Positions 46,550 through 56,710 of a stretch of 64,000 nucleotides of DNA are shown here, piece after piece; position 1 is the stretch's first letter, and every line of letters begins with the position of its first letter. The stretch is from Patescibacteria group bacterium (GTDB lineage Bacteria; Patescibacteriota; Patescibacteriia; Veblenbacterales; UBA10138), in assembly GCA_041645215.1 (NCBI GenBank), contig JBAZQK010000004.1:2475-66474 (forward strand), in the 5' to 3' direction. The notes beneath the pieces were generated by a model, which saw nothing but the letters and a program-made list of their open reading frames with translations, made no database searches and had not been told where the DNA came from. The translations under genes were made by a program, and so were the position numbers.

Positions 46550-47125
46550 ATGCAAAACTCTATCAAACGTACGCTAACACTAGCCGTCGGCGCGGCTTTG
46601 TTATTAGGTACTATTATCCCAGTCTTAGCTCAAGACACTGGGGCCACTAACACTAACACTAATAGTGCCCTGGAGCAGGTACGTGAAGACGCCAAAAAAG
46701 CCCAAGAAGAAGCCAGAGAAAAGGCTAAACAAGCTCGTGAGGAAGCGCGCGAAAAAGCCAAGCAAGCCTTAGAAGAAGCTAGAGAGAGGGCTAAACAGGT
46801 GCGTGAAGAGGCGCGCGAGAAAGCCAAGCTGGCACGGGAGGTAGTGAAGGCTAAAAACGAAGCCCACTTAGCCACGCTTAAATCCAAACGTGAGGCTATC
46901 GGTTCCGCTACCGAAACCTACACCGCGGCTGTGCAAAAAGCCAATCAAGATTATAAAACAGCTGTTAAGGCAGCCAAGGAGACACGCCAAGCCGCGGTCA
47001 AGGCTGCTCGTGAAGCTTTAGTTGCCGCCCGCGAACAGGCGAGTACTATCGTGGTACAGCCAAACGTACCAACCACTACCCCAGTCATTCCTACTCCCGA
47101 GCCAACAACTGGCGCCACTCAATAA
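46550..47125 (+). CDS. hypothetical secreted protein with tandem 11-aa EEAREKAKQAR repeats
   Basis: Signal peptide, then about 5 tandem (EEAREKAKQAR)-type repeats (33-bp DNA periodicity), then a Pro/Thr-rich tail. Confidence 0.6.
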   Translation: MQNSIKRTLTLAVGAALLLGTIIPVLAQDTGATNTNTNSALEQVREDAKKAQEEAREKAKQAREEAREKAKQALEEARERAKQVREEAREKAKLAREVVKAKNEAHLATLKSKREAIGSATETYTAAVQKANQDYKTAVKAAKETRQAAVKAAREALVAAREQASTIVVQPNVPTTTPVIPTPEPTTGATQ

Positions 47126-47266
47126 ATTCTGGCTAACACTAAACTTCCTCCCCCGGCCTATGGCTTGGGAGGAAGTTTTTGTTATGGCGCCAAATATTTT
47201 TCTCACCCCAACTACCGATCGGCTACCCAATAATCAAATTAAAAGGTAAAATATCAATCAAGAACT

Positions 47267-47755
47267 ATGCCTAAATCAATCTCTACCGCTTCAGCCAAGC
47301 AAACCATGGCACTAGGCTTCAGGCTGGCCAAACAACTAAAAAGCGGCGAGGTTCTTGCCTTAATTGGAGACCTGGGTAGCGGTAAAACCACTTTTGTCAA
47401 GGGTTTAGCCAAGGGCTTGGGCGTAAAACAACCAATTACCAGCCCGACTTTCGTACTGCTCAAAGTTTATCCTGTAACCAAACACAAAGCCATTAAACTA
47501 TTTATTCATGTGGATTGTTATCGTGTCGCTGGTATTGAATTAAGTAAAATCGGTTTAGATGATTATTTGGGCCGGCCCGATTGCGTGGTGGCGATTGAAT
47601 GGGCGGAAAAAATTAAACAACTACCGCGCCACACCCATAAAATTTTACTAGCCTACGATCGCAGGGCTGGCGGACGAAAAATAAAATTTGGTCAAAAAAG
47701 TAAAAAAAGTTCTAGTTTAAAAATCTCACTAATGGCAGTAACTGGCAGAAAATAA
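47267..47755 (+). CDS. tsaE: tRNA threonylcarbamoyladenosine biosynthesis protein TsaE (YjeE) with Lys-rich C-terminal extension
   Basis: Walker A LIGDLGSGKTTFVKGLAKGLG and TSPTF motif. Confidence 0.9.
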   Translation: MPKSISTASAKQTMALGFRLAKQLKSGEVLALIGDLGSGKTTFVKGLAKGLGVKQPITSPTFVLLKVYPVTKHKAIKLFIHVDCYRVAGIELSKIGLDDYLGRPDCVVAIEWAEKIKQLPRHTHKILLAYDRRAGGRKIKFGQKSKKSSSLKISLMAVTGRK

Positions 47756-47784
47756 TAATATTATAATACGAAAAATTAACTGAA

Positions 47785-49002
47785 CTAACTTTTCTTTGCT
47801 TTTTTTGTTTGTCTAATATAGTCAATTGTTTTTGAACCTAGAAAACCTAATTTATCAACCGTTGCCAGTACACCCGGACCAATCTTTTCTGTCATCAAAC
47901 GGTTGAGGTGCAGTAAACCGTGTTGGGTAAAATTCGCTTCAACTAGAGGACGGAAAGTATCCTTATTGTCCAGAAGATTAGCCAAACACTCCTCCGAGGT
48001 AGGATCTAGCGGTAAATCATTAATGGCGTTAATAATCTCAACTGTAACTTCGTTAACTTTACCGTAAGGACCACGCGCTAGGGCAGGGGGCTTCTTACCT
48101 AAACGTAGTTCAACCATACGAGATAGAATCTCTGTTATACTCTCGTTCAGCGCTTTGAGTGAAATATGTTTATCCCCTCTCATATAATTTTGTGAAGCTA
48201 CCCCCATCTTCCCTATTAAACAAGATTCCCAATAAAGAGGATCAATTTTGGGATCATCTTTGATAACTTTATGAAGAGATAATGCATGCATGAGCTCGTG
48301 AGAGAGTAAATTATTGCGCTCTAAGGTATTAGTTGTCGTTAAATCATTCACGCCAATCATTACATTATGAAGACGAAAATTGTATACCCCCGCCGTATGA
48401 CTCGGACCACCCGCAGATACTTCCTTCGAAACGACAAAATCGTAGTAATCCAGATTCAGCGGGCCAAGAAATGTCACCTTAAACTGCTCGGAAGGCGGCT
48501 CAACGCCAAACTCAACCAACACCTCACGGGCGACTTGATGATGCCGTGCCACTAGCGCTCGAGTTTCTGGTTTATCAACCAGCTCCTGTATACGATTTTC
48601 CTCCCACGCCAGTCGCTCAGTTATCTCTTGGTCCAAAAAATGTTCCTTATTATTCGTCATGGAAAAACGTTCTTTCAACGCCAGAAGCTCGGTAGGGCTG
48701 TAGTAATGCCTTAGGGACTTGTAACTATAGAATTGCCGATTATATAGATCTGGATACTGCTCCTTTATATGAAAATCTTCACTACCGACTAATAATAGCT
48801 TAGCAAGGCCTTCTTCATAACGACCGATATTATCCTCTGAAACTTTGAACTGCTCTAATTCACGCCCAAGCCATTCACCCTTACTAATGATAAAACGTTC
48901 CTTGTTTTCCTTAAATTCTGGCTTATCTAGATAATTAAAGTGAGAACTAATTATCTCATCGTTTCCATCAAACAGTTCTTCGTTGCTAAACTCTTCTTTC
49001 AT
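47785..49002 (-). CDS. putative zinc metallopeptidase (HExxH)
   Basis: LSHELMHALSLH zincin motif. 405 aa. Interrupts the tsaE region and its duplicate. Confidence 0.5.
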   Translation of the reverse strand: MKEEFSNEELFDGNDEIISSHFNYLDKPEFKENKERFIISKGEWLGRELEQFKVSEDNIGRYEEGLAKLLLVGSEDFHIKEQYPDLYNRQFYSYKSLRHYYSPTELLALKERFSMTNNKEHFLDQEITERLAWEENRIQELVDKPETRALVARHHQVAREVLVEFGVEPPSEQFKVTFLGPLNLDYYDFVVSKEVSAGGPSHTAGVYNFRLHNVMIGVNDLTTTNTLERNNLLSHELMHALSLHKVIKDDPKIDPLYWESCLIGKMGVASQNYMRGDKHISLKALNESITEILSRMVELRLGKKPPALARGPYGKVNEVTVEIINAINDLPLDPTSEECLANLLDNKDTFRPLVEANFTQHGLLHLNRLMTEKIGPGVLATVDKLGFLGSKTIDYIRQTKKAKKS

Positions 49003-49034
49003 ATTGTATATTATAGCAAAAAATGTTAACTTAA

Positions 49035-49182
49035 CACAAAACCATTAAACTATTTATTCATGTGGATTGCTATCGCGTCGCTGGCATTGAATTAAGTAAA
49101 ATCGGCTTAGATGAATATTTGGGCCGGCCCGATTGCGTGGTGGCGATTGAATGGGCGGAAAAAATTAAACAACTGCCACGCC
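49035..49182 (+). pseudogene. duplicated fragment of tsaE 3' region
   Basis: About 92% identical to 47482..47631. Encodes ...DCYRVAGIELSKIGLDEYLGRPDCVVAIEWAEKIKQLPR, matching the TsaE C-terminal region. Confidence 0.6.
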
Positions 49183-49246
49183 TTACTAAAATAATAAATT
49201 TCAAGCACGCCAAAAACAATAATCAGAGGATTATTAAACTATAAGG

Positions 49247-50668
49247 TTATTTTACTGTTTGGTATTTGGGCATGATTAATTTACCCGCCCCCAATGGATT
49301 GTAACCATTTTTAACCTCATCGCCGTCTTTATACCCATCACCATCCGTGTCGGGATTATTTTTATCAGTACCATAAAATTCTTCCTCTTTATCACTTAAC
49401 CCATCATTATCACTATCATTTATAGCTAAATTATCCTTAGTTACTTCTTTTGATATACCGCCCATAAAACCAGCCAGCATTTGATTAAGGTCGGCAACTT
49501 CCTGTGGTACGTCAACTTTAACTGGTTCGTTTATCTTATCTAAATTAATAACTATAGTTATGCTATCTGATTTGTCACCTTTATTGTTTAATTGGGGAAT
49601 TACTATTTTAAAACGCCTGGCTATATAGTCGCTTTTTCCTACCCAGATTTCTCCTGTTAACGGTTCATTATAATCGCTATCTAGCTTTTTTAATTGGTCC
49701 ATTTGCTCTTTATTATAAGCTTCCCCTAAAATCACTGGCCCGGCTTGTTGTAAAAAATCTATTATCGCCTTAGGCTCAATAATAAAACCATAATGGTAGG
49801 AAGCTAAACCATTAATGTTTTCACTGCCATAGCGCTGGTTAAATTTAATAGGTTTGGTTTCTGCAAATATCTGTTTCAACTTGTCTTTTTGTTCCTGGCT
49901 GATAGTTTGAATTTTTTTATAATCAGGTATTTTACCAGATAGTAATGGTGAGTCGGCTAATTGTTCTTGGGAGAATTTAACCCACTGGTTCTTTAACGAA
50001 CTTAAGTCTAAAAAGCCTAAGCTAGGAACGTCTAGCAATTGTAAATAATTTTCTTTATCTTTTTTAATATATTGCAGACCCAATAACATAGGTCGCTCGC
50101 CCTCGCTTAGGCTCAACCACAATTTTCCATCAACTTGGCTGTTTGCCTGGTCTGTTTTATCTTGAGTAAGGTCGAACTTGATACTTAAATTAACTGAACT
50201 AGAATCATTGGGCAATTGTAATAGCGATAGCTGATCTTGGGCCGCACCGCTCAGATTAAATTTGGTACTGACGGTGCTGCTTAAATGAAAAGTCTTAATC
50301 TCTCCCATACTAATCAAACTTTTGCTAACGACTCTTTCCGGCGCTGTCCAATAATAATAGTAATAAGCCCAGGCGCCACCGGCCACTAAAAATAAACAAA
50401 CACTGATAATTGCCATTAACCACCATTTTTTATTAATACCGGAAAACCGTTTAAAAATTTTAACAGCATCAAAATGCCCGCCGCTTGAGGGTAATATTCT
50501 AGCTGAACCCAAGGACGGCACGATTTGAGGATTAACTATTTTATTAAAAGCCTCGTCTATTTGTTCAACTGGCCAACCAGCAGTTAGTAGTCCCTGCTTT
50601 ATGCCGGACTGACCAAGGCCGCGAGTTAATTCATTTTTAATATGGCTTTCTAATTCAAGAGGTTGCAT
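49247..50668 (-). CDS. hypothetical membrane protein with C-terminal calcium-binding (thrombospondin-type-3-like DxDxDG) repeats
   Basis: Central TM segment. C-terminal DSDNDGLSDKEEEFYGTDKNNPDTDGDGYKDGDE. Confidence 0.55.
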   Translation of the reverse strand: MQPLELESHIKNELTRGLGQSGIKQGLLTAGWPVEQIDEAFNKIVNPQIVPSLGSARILPSSGGHFDAVKIFKRFSGINKKWWLMAIISVCLFLVAGGAWAYYYYYWTAPERVVSKSLISMGEIKTFHLSSTVSTKFNLSGAAQDQLSLLQLPNDSSSVNLSIKFDLTQDKTDQANSQVDGKLWLSLSEGERPMLLGLQYIKKDKENYLQLLDVPSLGFLDLSSLKNQWVKFSQEQLADSPLLSGKIPDYKKIQTISQEQKDKLKQIFAETKPIKFNQRYGSENINGLASYHYGFIIEPKAIIDFLQQAGPVILGEAYNKEQMDQLKKLDSDYNEPLTGEIWVGKSDYIARRFKIVIPQLNNKGDKSDSITIVINLDKINEPVKVDVPQEVADLNQMLAGFMGGISKEVTKDNLAINDSDNDGLSDKEEEFYGTDKNNPDTDGDGYKDGDEVKNGYNPLGAGKLIMPKYQTVK

Positions 50669-50897
50669 AGATTAATAAGATTTAATTTTTATTTATCACA
50701 TTTTAATAGTACTCCTTCTGAGAAAAACAAAAAACTGCCCGATTGGCAGTTTGGTTGTATCTTATGGCGGGTGTGTCCCGATGAACGTCGGGAGACCCCC
50801 CATGCCCCGTAGCGTCCTCCAGAGGAGGACTGCTACTGGGTTTCTTCATTACCCCCGAAGAACGAACTGATATTCTTCTACGGGGCAAGTCAGTGAA

Positions 50898-51001
50898 CCC
50901 CGTTAGAAGCTCACACAGGGCATTAAACCCCGTGTTCGCTGTTGAGAATTGGGCATTCATCCCTGCGGCAGAGACCGCAGGGCATCCTGCTTCTAACGGG
51001 G
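50898..51001. mobile_element. MITE-like element B, CCCCGTTAGAA-TIR family (104 bp, inverted relative to A)
   Basis: About 85% identical to the reverse complement of 15435..15535. Paired compensatory substitutions in the internal hairpin (ccccgcgg/ccgcgggg vs ccctgcgg/ccgcaggg). Confidence 0.7.
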
Positions 51002-51016
51002 TGAAGTACATTCCAC

Positions 51017-51181
51017 TGGTGGGCGGCGATGGATTTGAACCATCGACCTTCTCATTACCGCGCCCCGTACCAAATTTGGGTTGGTGGGTGTGCCTGGATT
51101 CGAACCAGGGACCTCTTCATTATCAGTGACCCCGCACAACTTCGCCTTTGCTCAGTAAACGGGGCAAGAGTGCTTTTTCTC
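51017..51181 (-). other. two tandem tRNA-3'-half-like remnants, each ending in ACCA
   Basis: Minus strand: ...GGTC GATGG-TTCAAAT-CCATC GCCGCCC ACCA (51017-51081) and ...GGTC CCTGG-TTCGAAT-CCAGG CACACCC ACCA (51082-51181). T-arm plus acceptor 3' strand, but no matching 5' acceptor strand. Confidence 0.55.
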
Positions 51182-51490
51182 TGGTGGCTATTTACAACAC
51201 CGGTTGGACTTACTTTAGCAAAAAATCCTGACCCTGACCAGCGATTTACCCCTTCATGCACCCCTTCATTCGCTCGGTCGCGGCTTGAAGGGGCAGATTT
51301 CGCAATATCACGCTTAAACACTCGCTTCTTTCCCCTCACTCCTCGCAAAATCAAAGTCCGACTTCACTACGGAAAGGGTTGCTCCGCTCCTCGCTTCGCT
51401 CGTCGCTCCGCAAGTCGCGGGGTCGCGTCTGGTGGCTCGGCCTTCTCCTTCCGTCCCGCTATTTCTTTTTGCTCGTCGTGGGGGGGGTGA
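51182..51490. repeat. 309-bp terminal inverted repeat, left copy
   Basis: 100% identical to the reverse complement of 59241..59549. Outer end TGGTGGCTATTTAC, inner end poly-G(8). GC-rich. The embedded ORFs (51055..51354, 59377..59697) are judged spurious. Confidence 0.9.
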
Positions 51491-51572
51491 AGACGGGTAA
51501 AAAGGAAGGACGGAAGGAAGAAGGCCTCGTTAGAGGGGGTCGGAGGGCGTATAATGACAATATAACGCTTCT

Positions 51573-52436
51573 ATGTCAAAACCACGTCTTAAACAATTTG
51601 AACGAGCAGTGGTCGCCGACCCCCTCAAGCTCCAGCCCCGCGACATCGCGCTCCTCCGCAATGTGGCCGAGTTTCGTTTTCTAAACACCGAGCAGATTTT
51701 GACGCTTCACGAGGGAAGCCGCCGCAACCTGATGGAGCGATTGAGCCGCCTCTACCATCACGGCTTTCTTGACCGACCAGTCAGTCAAAGCTCCGCACGC
51801 CTTACCTCGTCGCACATGGTTTACTCCTTGGGACGCAAAGGAGCGGAGCAACTGTCAAAAGACGCGGAGGAGCGCGAAGGGATTTATCGCCGCGTCAAAG
51901 AAGTTGAGCGAACGCTCCCTCTTATGGCTCACGCCTTGATGATTTCTCAATTCCGAGTTTGCCTTACGCTGGCGGCGAAAACTCACGGGGTTAAAATTAC
52001 TCGCTGGTCGCAAGGTTACGACTTAAAAGAAACCTTGCGTCATGTCCACGGCGAAAATCCCTCGTTAGTGCCGGACGCATTTTTTACGCTGGAAGATAAA
52101 GATGATGTTATCAACTTTTTTCTTGAAGCCGACAGAGGCACGATGACGGCGGAAAGGTTTGTAAATAAATTAAAAACATATTGGTCGTGGCGAAGCGACG
52201 AGAGGTTGAAAAAGAAACTCCGTCTTGCCCGTTTCCGCGTCCTCACTATCGCCCCGTCGGAACGACGGAGCGACAGTTTACGGAACGCTGGAAAGGGCGG
52301 CGACCCGCGAGGAGAAGGAAGTTTAATGTTTTTATTCGCTTCCGAAACGCGATATAATACGGCTACACCAAAGACGATTCTCCAAACGATATGGAAATCG
52401 CCCAAGGACGAAATTCCTCACTCTATTTTAGAGTAG
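51573..52436 (+). CDS. replication-relaxation family protein (winged-helix, plasmid/ICE-type)
   Basis: N-terminal LQPRDIALLRNVAEFRFLNTEQILTLH...SRRNLMERLSRLYHHGFLDRP matches the replication-relaxation family signature. Confidence 0.7.
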   Translation: MSKPRLKQFERAVVADPLKLQPRDIALLRNVAEFRFLNTEQILTLHEGSRRNLMERLSRLYHHGFLDRPVSQSSARLTSSHMVYSLGRKGAEQLSKDAEEREGIYRRVKEVERTLPLMAHALMISQFRVCLTLAAKTHGVKITRWSQGYDLKETLRHVHGENPSLVPDAFFTLEDKDDVINFFLEADRGTMTAERFVNKLKTYWSWRSDERLKKKLRLARFRVLTIAPSERRSDSLRNAGKGGDPRGEGSLMFLFASETRYNTATPKTILQTIWKSPKDEIPHSILE

Positions 52437-52690
52437 AGTGTTATAATGGATTTAGAAAACAGAATGGTTTGGAAGCAAAAGTTATTTCCAATAATCATAT
52501 ATATTGTAATCGGATTTTTTAGTAGCGCGGGTTCAGAAAATCCTGCTTCAAAAGCATATGCGCCAACTATTCCACCGCAAACCAATCCGTTTTACGAGGA
52601 TATAACCGCATAGTTTTCTGGTAAAATTAAGTAAATAGCCGTCAGTCGAAACGGCTTTAATTAAGCAGTTGTTTAATAAAATCTTATATT

Positions 52691-53437
52691 ATGGGAACTT
52701 TAATTTTTTGGATTGTCGTTATCGCCTTCGTGGGCTATATCTACCTGCGGCGGAAAAAGAAGATTCCGCCTCTTTTCAGTTTGAACGCCAAAGCGGGAGG
52801 TCTCGGCAAAGGAACATCGGTCATTAACGAAAACAACATCGTGGAGGAGTGGTCGCAAATCATACTCGGTATGGGCGGCAAAGGCGAGGAACTCCTGAAA
52901 TCCATCACCGCCAAACTTCAGGCCCAAAACTTGCCGGATGTGGTCTTTGCCCGCAAAGAGGCGTCTTTGGGCCAGTCAAATTACACCTTGGGCGACAAGA
53001 GATACGAGTTTGTTACTATGCGTCACCAACGCTACCCCGACTACGAGATGTTTATCGGCGCGATTGACCGCGCGGGACAGCTTAAGGTGTCGTGGTATCT
53101 TACTGTCGCCTTGCCGGGGAGAATTATGGGAAAGTTGCGGGCCATAAACAAAGCGGACAGGGACGCCATGCCCCGCGCATTGAGAGCACCTCAAATGCTC
53201 TCCAAGACGCTCGGTAAAATGCTCGCCCAGCGGCTAAACGAAAAGATGGCCGGTAAGCCCGTGCCGATTCGCGTCCGGCCGGAGGATATGACGATGGACG
53301 ACAAGGAAGAACTCGGCACATACATTACCGTCGCCCACAATGTCGTCTTGGCCGCGCTGGAGGAAATGATGAACGACCTCAAACTGGATTTCTCCAAAGT
53401 GGACAAGCACACGCAGGGCTTCCTTAATCTTTCGTAG
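52691..53437 (+). CDS. hypothetical membrane-anchored protein
   Basis: N-terminal TM, 248 aa. No motif. Confidence 0.5.
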   Translation: MGTLIFWIVVIAFVGYIYLRRKKKIPPLFSLNAKAGGLGKGTSVINENNIVEEWSQIILGMGGKGEELLKSITAKLQAQNLPDVVFARKEASLGQSNYTLGDKRYEFVTMRHQRYPDYEMFIGAIDRAGQLKVSWYLTVALPGRIMGKLRAINKADRDAMPRALRAPQMLSKTLGKMLAQRLNEKMAGKPVPIRVRPEDMTMDDKEELGTYITVAHNVVLAALEEMMNDLKLDFSKVDKHTQGFLNLS

Positions 53438-53439
53438 TT

Positions 53440-54936
53440 ATGGAAAGCAATTTCCAAAAATGGCTACGGCTTGTTTTCAGCAAGCCGAAAGTTTTGCCGA
53501 TTTGGGCTAATGAAGAAAACCAAGAGCCGCTTTTACGCTCCCGCTCGCCGAACCCCGACGAGCTGGCTTTGGGTTGGGCGGCGGGCAAGGACGAAACGGA
53601 CAACCGCGAAGTCCATCAACTAAAAGGCGTGTCCCAAGAACACCGCGACACGCATTTTTACGTCATCGGGGCTTCCGGTAGCGGCAAAACTAAATTTTTG
53701 GAAACGCTCGCCAAGCAGGACATAGAAAACGGCTTGGGCTTCGGGGTGCTTGACCCGCACGGCGACCTGACGGAAGACATCAAGGGCTATCTCTACGTTT
53801 TGAAAAAGCACGCGGCCGAACAGCTTCAAGAGCGTGTTGTCCTGATTGATCCCACTGACCCGAAATATACTGTCGCCTTCAATCCGCTTGAAATAACCAA
53901 AGGAGAATCCGCCGCCTCCGTTGCCTCCGAGCTTACGGAAGCGTTCAAGAAAATATGGAAGGACGCTTGGGGCGCGAGAATGGAGGACTTATTAAAAAAC
54001 TCCCTTATCGCCCTTATTGAAAACGACCTCACGCTCGCCGAGTTGCCTTTGTTTCTTACCAACGCCGAAGTGCGTCGCAAGATTTTGGAAAAAGTTAATC
54101 ACGGCGTCAGCCGCCAGTATTTTGAGCGGTTTAATTCTTTGCGGCGAACTACGCAAGACGAGTGGATGGAATCCACTTTGAATAAAGTGAACGCCTTTTT
54201 ATTTGACGACAATATCCGGCAAATGCTCTCCTCGCCCAAAAGCTCTTTCAACCTGCGGGACGTAATGGACGAGGGGAAAATTCTCCTCGTTAAACTGGAC
54301 AAGGGCAGGTTGAAAGGCAACGCCGATCTTTTGGGGTCGCTTATGCTCGCCAAAATACAGGCGGCGGCGTTCTCCCGCACCGACACGCCGGAGCTTCAAC
54401 GGCAGAAGTTTTATTTATACATAGACGAGTTCCAAAACTTTGCGACAGAGAATTTTATCAGTATGCTCGGTGAAGCTCGCAAGTATCGGCTCGCGTTGTT
54501 GTTGGCTCATCAAAACCTCGCCCAACTGCCCGCCACCCTGCGGGCTTCCATTCTTTCCAACTGCGGGCTTCAAGCGTATTTCAGAATATCGCGCGACGAC
54601 TCCAACATTTTGGCGAAAGAATCACTCGCCTCAATTTACAACGACCCGCCCGGCTGGGAGCGATATATTCAAGCACTTCAAGAATTGCCGCGTCGCGGGT
54701 GCGTCATAAAAAACAAAATTGACGGCGGGGTGATTGCCGTGCGGACGCTCGACCTTCTTCCTCCGCACGAATTGGCGGAAACGGACGAGGAGCAATTCGT
54801 CAAAGAAGTTGCCGCCTGCGAGATAGGCAAAAACTATCTTTGCGAAAGGAAGAAGATCGAGGAAGAATACAAGGCACGGCGGGACAAGCTCACCAGAGCC
54901 GACGAATCGGAGAGTTTCAGAGAGCCGAGGCGTTAA
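53440..54936 (+). CDS. VirD4/TraG/TraD-like coupling-protein ATPase (AAA_10-like), soluble form
   Basis: Walker A GASGSGKTKF, DPHGD, Walker B YLYIDEFQNF, ARKYRL. Paralog of 57893..59182. Confidence 0.65.
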   Translation: MESNFQKWLRLVFSKPKVLPIWANEENQEPLLRSRSPNPDELALGWAAGKDETDNREVHQLKGVSQEHRDTHFYVIGASGSGKTKFLETLAKQDIENGLGFGVLDPHGDLTEDIKGYLYVLKKHAAEQLQERVVLIDPTDPKYTVAFNPLEITKGESAASVASELTEAFKKIWKDAWGARMEDLLKNSLIALIENDLTLAELPLFLTNAEVRRKILEKVNHGVSRQYFERFNSLRRTTQDEWMESTLNKVNAFLFDDNIRQMLSSPKSSFNLRDVMDEGKILLVKLDKGRLKGNADLLGSLMLAKIQAAAFSRTDTPELQRQKFYLYIDEFQNFATENFISMLGEARKYRLALLLAHQNLAQLPATLRASILSNCGLQAYFRISRDDSNILAKESLASIYNDPPGWERYIQALQELPRRGCVIKNKIDGGVIAVRTLDLLPPHELAETDEEQFVKEVAACEIGKNYLCERKKIEEEYKARRDKLTRADESESFREPRR

Positions 54937-55028
54937 TTGGACTGTTTCAATAATACGGATATAATGAGGGTATTATAAATTCTTTAAGGTCGAGACCATA
55001 AAAACTTTAATTATAAACAAATAATCTT

Positions 55029-55736
55029 ATGAAAAAAATAACCTTTTTAACTTTAGCTCTTGCGGTTGTTATCACAACCGGCAACCTTGTTGCCGTAGCT
55101 GAAATAAACCCACTGGCGGGAAAAATCATCGCGCTTGACGCCGGACACGGCGATACGGACGGTGCGGTAAATGAGAGAGTGCTGAAATCTGACGGCACGC
55201 CCGTAACAGAGGCGGAGGTAAACTGGGATGTAGTCCAAGCGTTAAAAACAAAGTTGGAAATTTCTAACGGCGCGTATGTGGTGGTCACCGAGCGTTTCTC
55301 AACGCGGCGGGATAGAGTGAACGACGCAGTAACGAAATGCGCCGAGCTTGATGTGGATGGCGTTGTTGGGGCAGACAACAGAAAGTGCGATGTCTTGGTA
55401 TCAGTTCACCACAACGGGAGCACCGACCCGACACATGACGGCACGCTCACTATTTACACCCAGAACTCGGACAAGCCGTTGGCTAAAGCCCTTTACGATT
55501 CATTGCTCCCTCTTACCAATAAACCGGAAGGAATGTTGAACGGCGGCTATGGGATGACAGTATATAAAAATCTTGTTTCTACCATCACCGAAGCGTATTA
55601 CATTACTAACGACGACGAAGCGCGTTTATGGCTTTCCGGCACAAGAACACCGGAGGAAGTAGACGCACAAATTGTCGGACTGACCAATTACTTCGCTTCT
55701 CAATCTTCCGGCGGCAAGGGAGGAAAACCAAGATAA
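55029..55736 (+). CDS. N-acetylmuramoyl-L-alanine amidase (Amidase_3 family), secreted
   Basis: Signal peptide. LDAGHGDTDGA zinc-site motif. VSVHHNGS and E-containing blocks typical of Amidase_3. Confidence 0.75.
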   Translation: MKKITFLTLALAVVITTGNLVAVAEINPLAGKIIALDAGHGDTDGAVNERVLKSDGTPVTEAEVNWDVVQALKTKLEISNGAYVVVTERFSTRRDRVNDAVTKCAELDVDGVVGADNRKCDVLVSVHHNGSTDPTHDGTLTIYTQNSDKPLAKALYDSLLPLTNKPEGMLNGGYGMTVYKNLVSTITEAYYITNDDEARLWLSGTRTPEEVDAQIVGLTNYFASQSSGGKGGKPR

Positions 55737-56202
55737 CCGCCCGCCCGCCGAAAACCTCTCCCTTGAAAAAACTCGCTTGACGAAAATCTCACCCGAAACC
55801 GCTTAATCGCTATTACAGAATGTCTGCGACATACTGTAATTTTCTGGCTTGATTTTCTGCTCTTTTTTCTCGGTCGCTTTCCTCAAAAACCTTTTCTCTC
55901 CGAGTAAAGTTTTTTCAGGAATTTTCGGCGTTATGGCGTCCGAATCCTTACCGCCTTTTGAAAGCACCCCGCAATACGATTGTGGCGTGTTTTCAAAACT
56001 CATTCGCCAAAGGCGAAAGAGCAAGGACGGACGGCTTCGTCCGCCATTTCAAAAAAGCCCCGCCCTACGCGGGGCTTTTCACATTTTCCTTATTGCCATC
56101 AGTGTCTCTTAATTTTAGCGTCAGCTTATCGCCCGTAAAGGTAGTACAAAGTCTCCACCTTGACTGGCGCAAGCTATCAGCCGCTTTCTCCTGCTTCGGT
56201 CG

Positions 56203-56556
56203 ATGGCAGATAAGGCGGCGATGCCAAACAACATAAATAGCCGCCAGTTAAATAAAAACATGATTAAACAAATCATATCTAACTGGACGGGTTCAGAGAA
56301 AACGTCCGACCTCGTTCGCGGTCAAATCGCGGAACGCTGGGGAGCCGAAGAGGCCAAGCGTTACGATCCGAGGACGAATTGCCTCACTTTCAAAGCGTGG
56401 GGCGATAATGGCTATGTCGTCCGCAAGGGCGAGAAAGCCATTAAATCCTTCATCATCGTTGAGAAGAAGGATGAAAAGACGGGAGAAGTCGTTGAAAAAC
56501 GACTCAAGAATATCTTCCTCTTTTACGAGAAGCAGGTCGAGAAGCTTCCCGCGTAA
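56203..56556 (+). CDS. ArdC-N-terminal-like (DUF1738) ssDNA-binding protein
   Basis: TFKAWGDNGYVVRKGEKAIK resembles the ArdC N-domain block TFKQA..GG.VRKGEKG. 117 aa. Confidence 0.4.
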   Translation: MADKAAMPNNINSRQLNKNMIKQIISNWTGSEKTSDLVRGQIAERWGAEEAKRYDPRTNCLTFKAWGDNGYVVRKGEKAIKSFIIVEKKDEKTGEVVEKRLKNIFLFYEKQVEKLPA

Positions 56557-56710
56557 CAGAAAGGGAGCCGGCTCCGGAAACGGGGTTGGCTCCCTTTTTT
56601 GCGTTTACACTGAACTGGTTTTTTAAGATAGTATTTTATGAGTAATCGTTAAATCGGAAAGTTTCAGAGAACCGAAAACATTGACAGAATAAACAAGCCA
56701 TTGTTTAATT

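Noticed and set aside
51017-51181. tmRNA (ssrA) hypothesis for the T-arm/ACCA units
   Set aside because: No 5' acceptor strand complementary to GCCGCCC or CACACCC nearby. No tag-peptide reading frame ending in a stop, and no pseudoknot region. Better explained as tRNA 3'-end remnants.
51055-51354. 99-aa ORF (and identical 59377..59697) encoding MILRGVRGKKRVFKRD...
   Set aside because: Both copies are just the two 309-bp TIRs read in the same relative frame. GC-rich repeat DNA with no start-context support. Its apparent conservation is an artefact of repeat identity.
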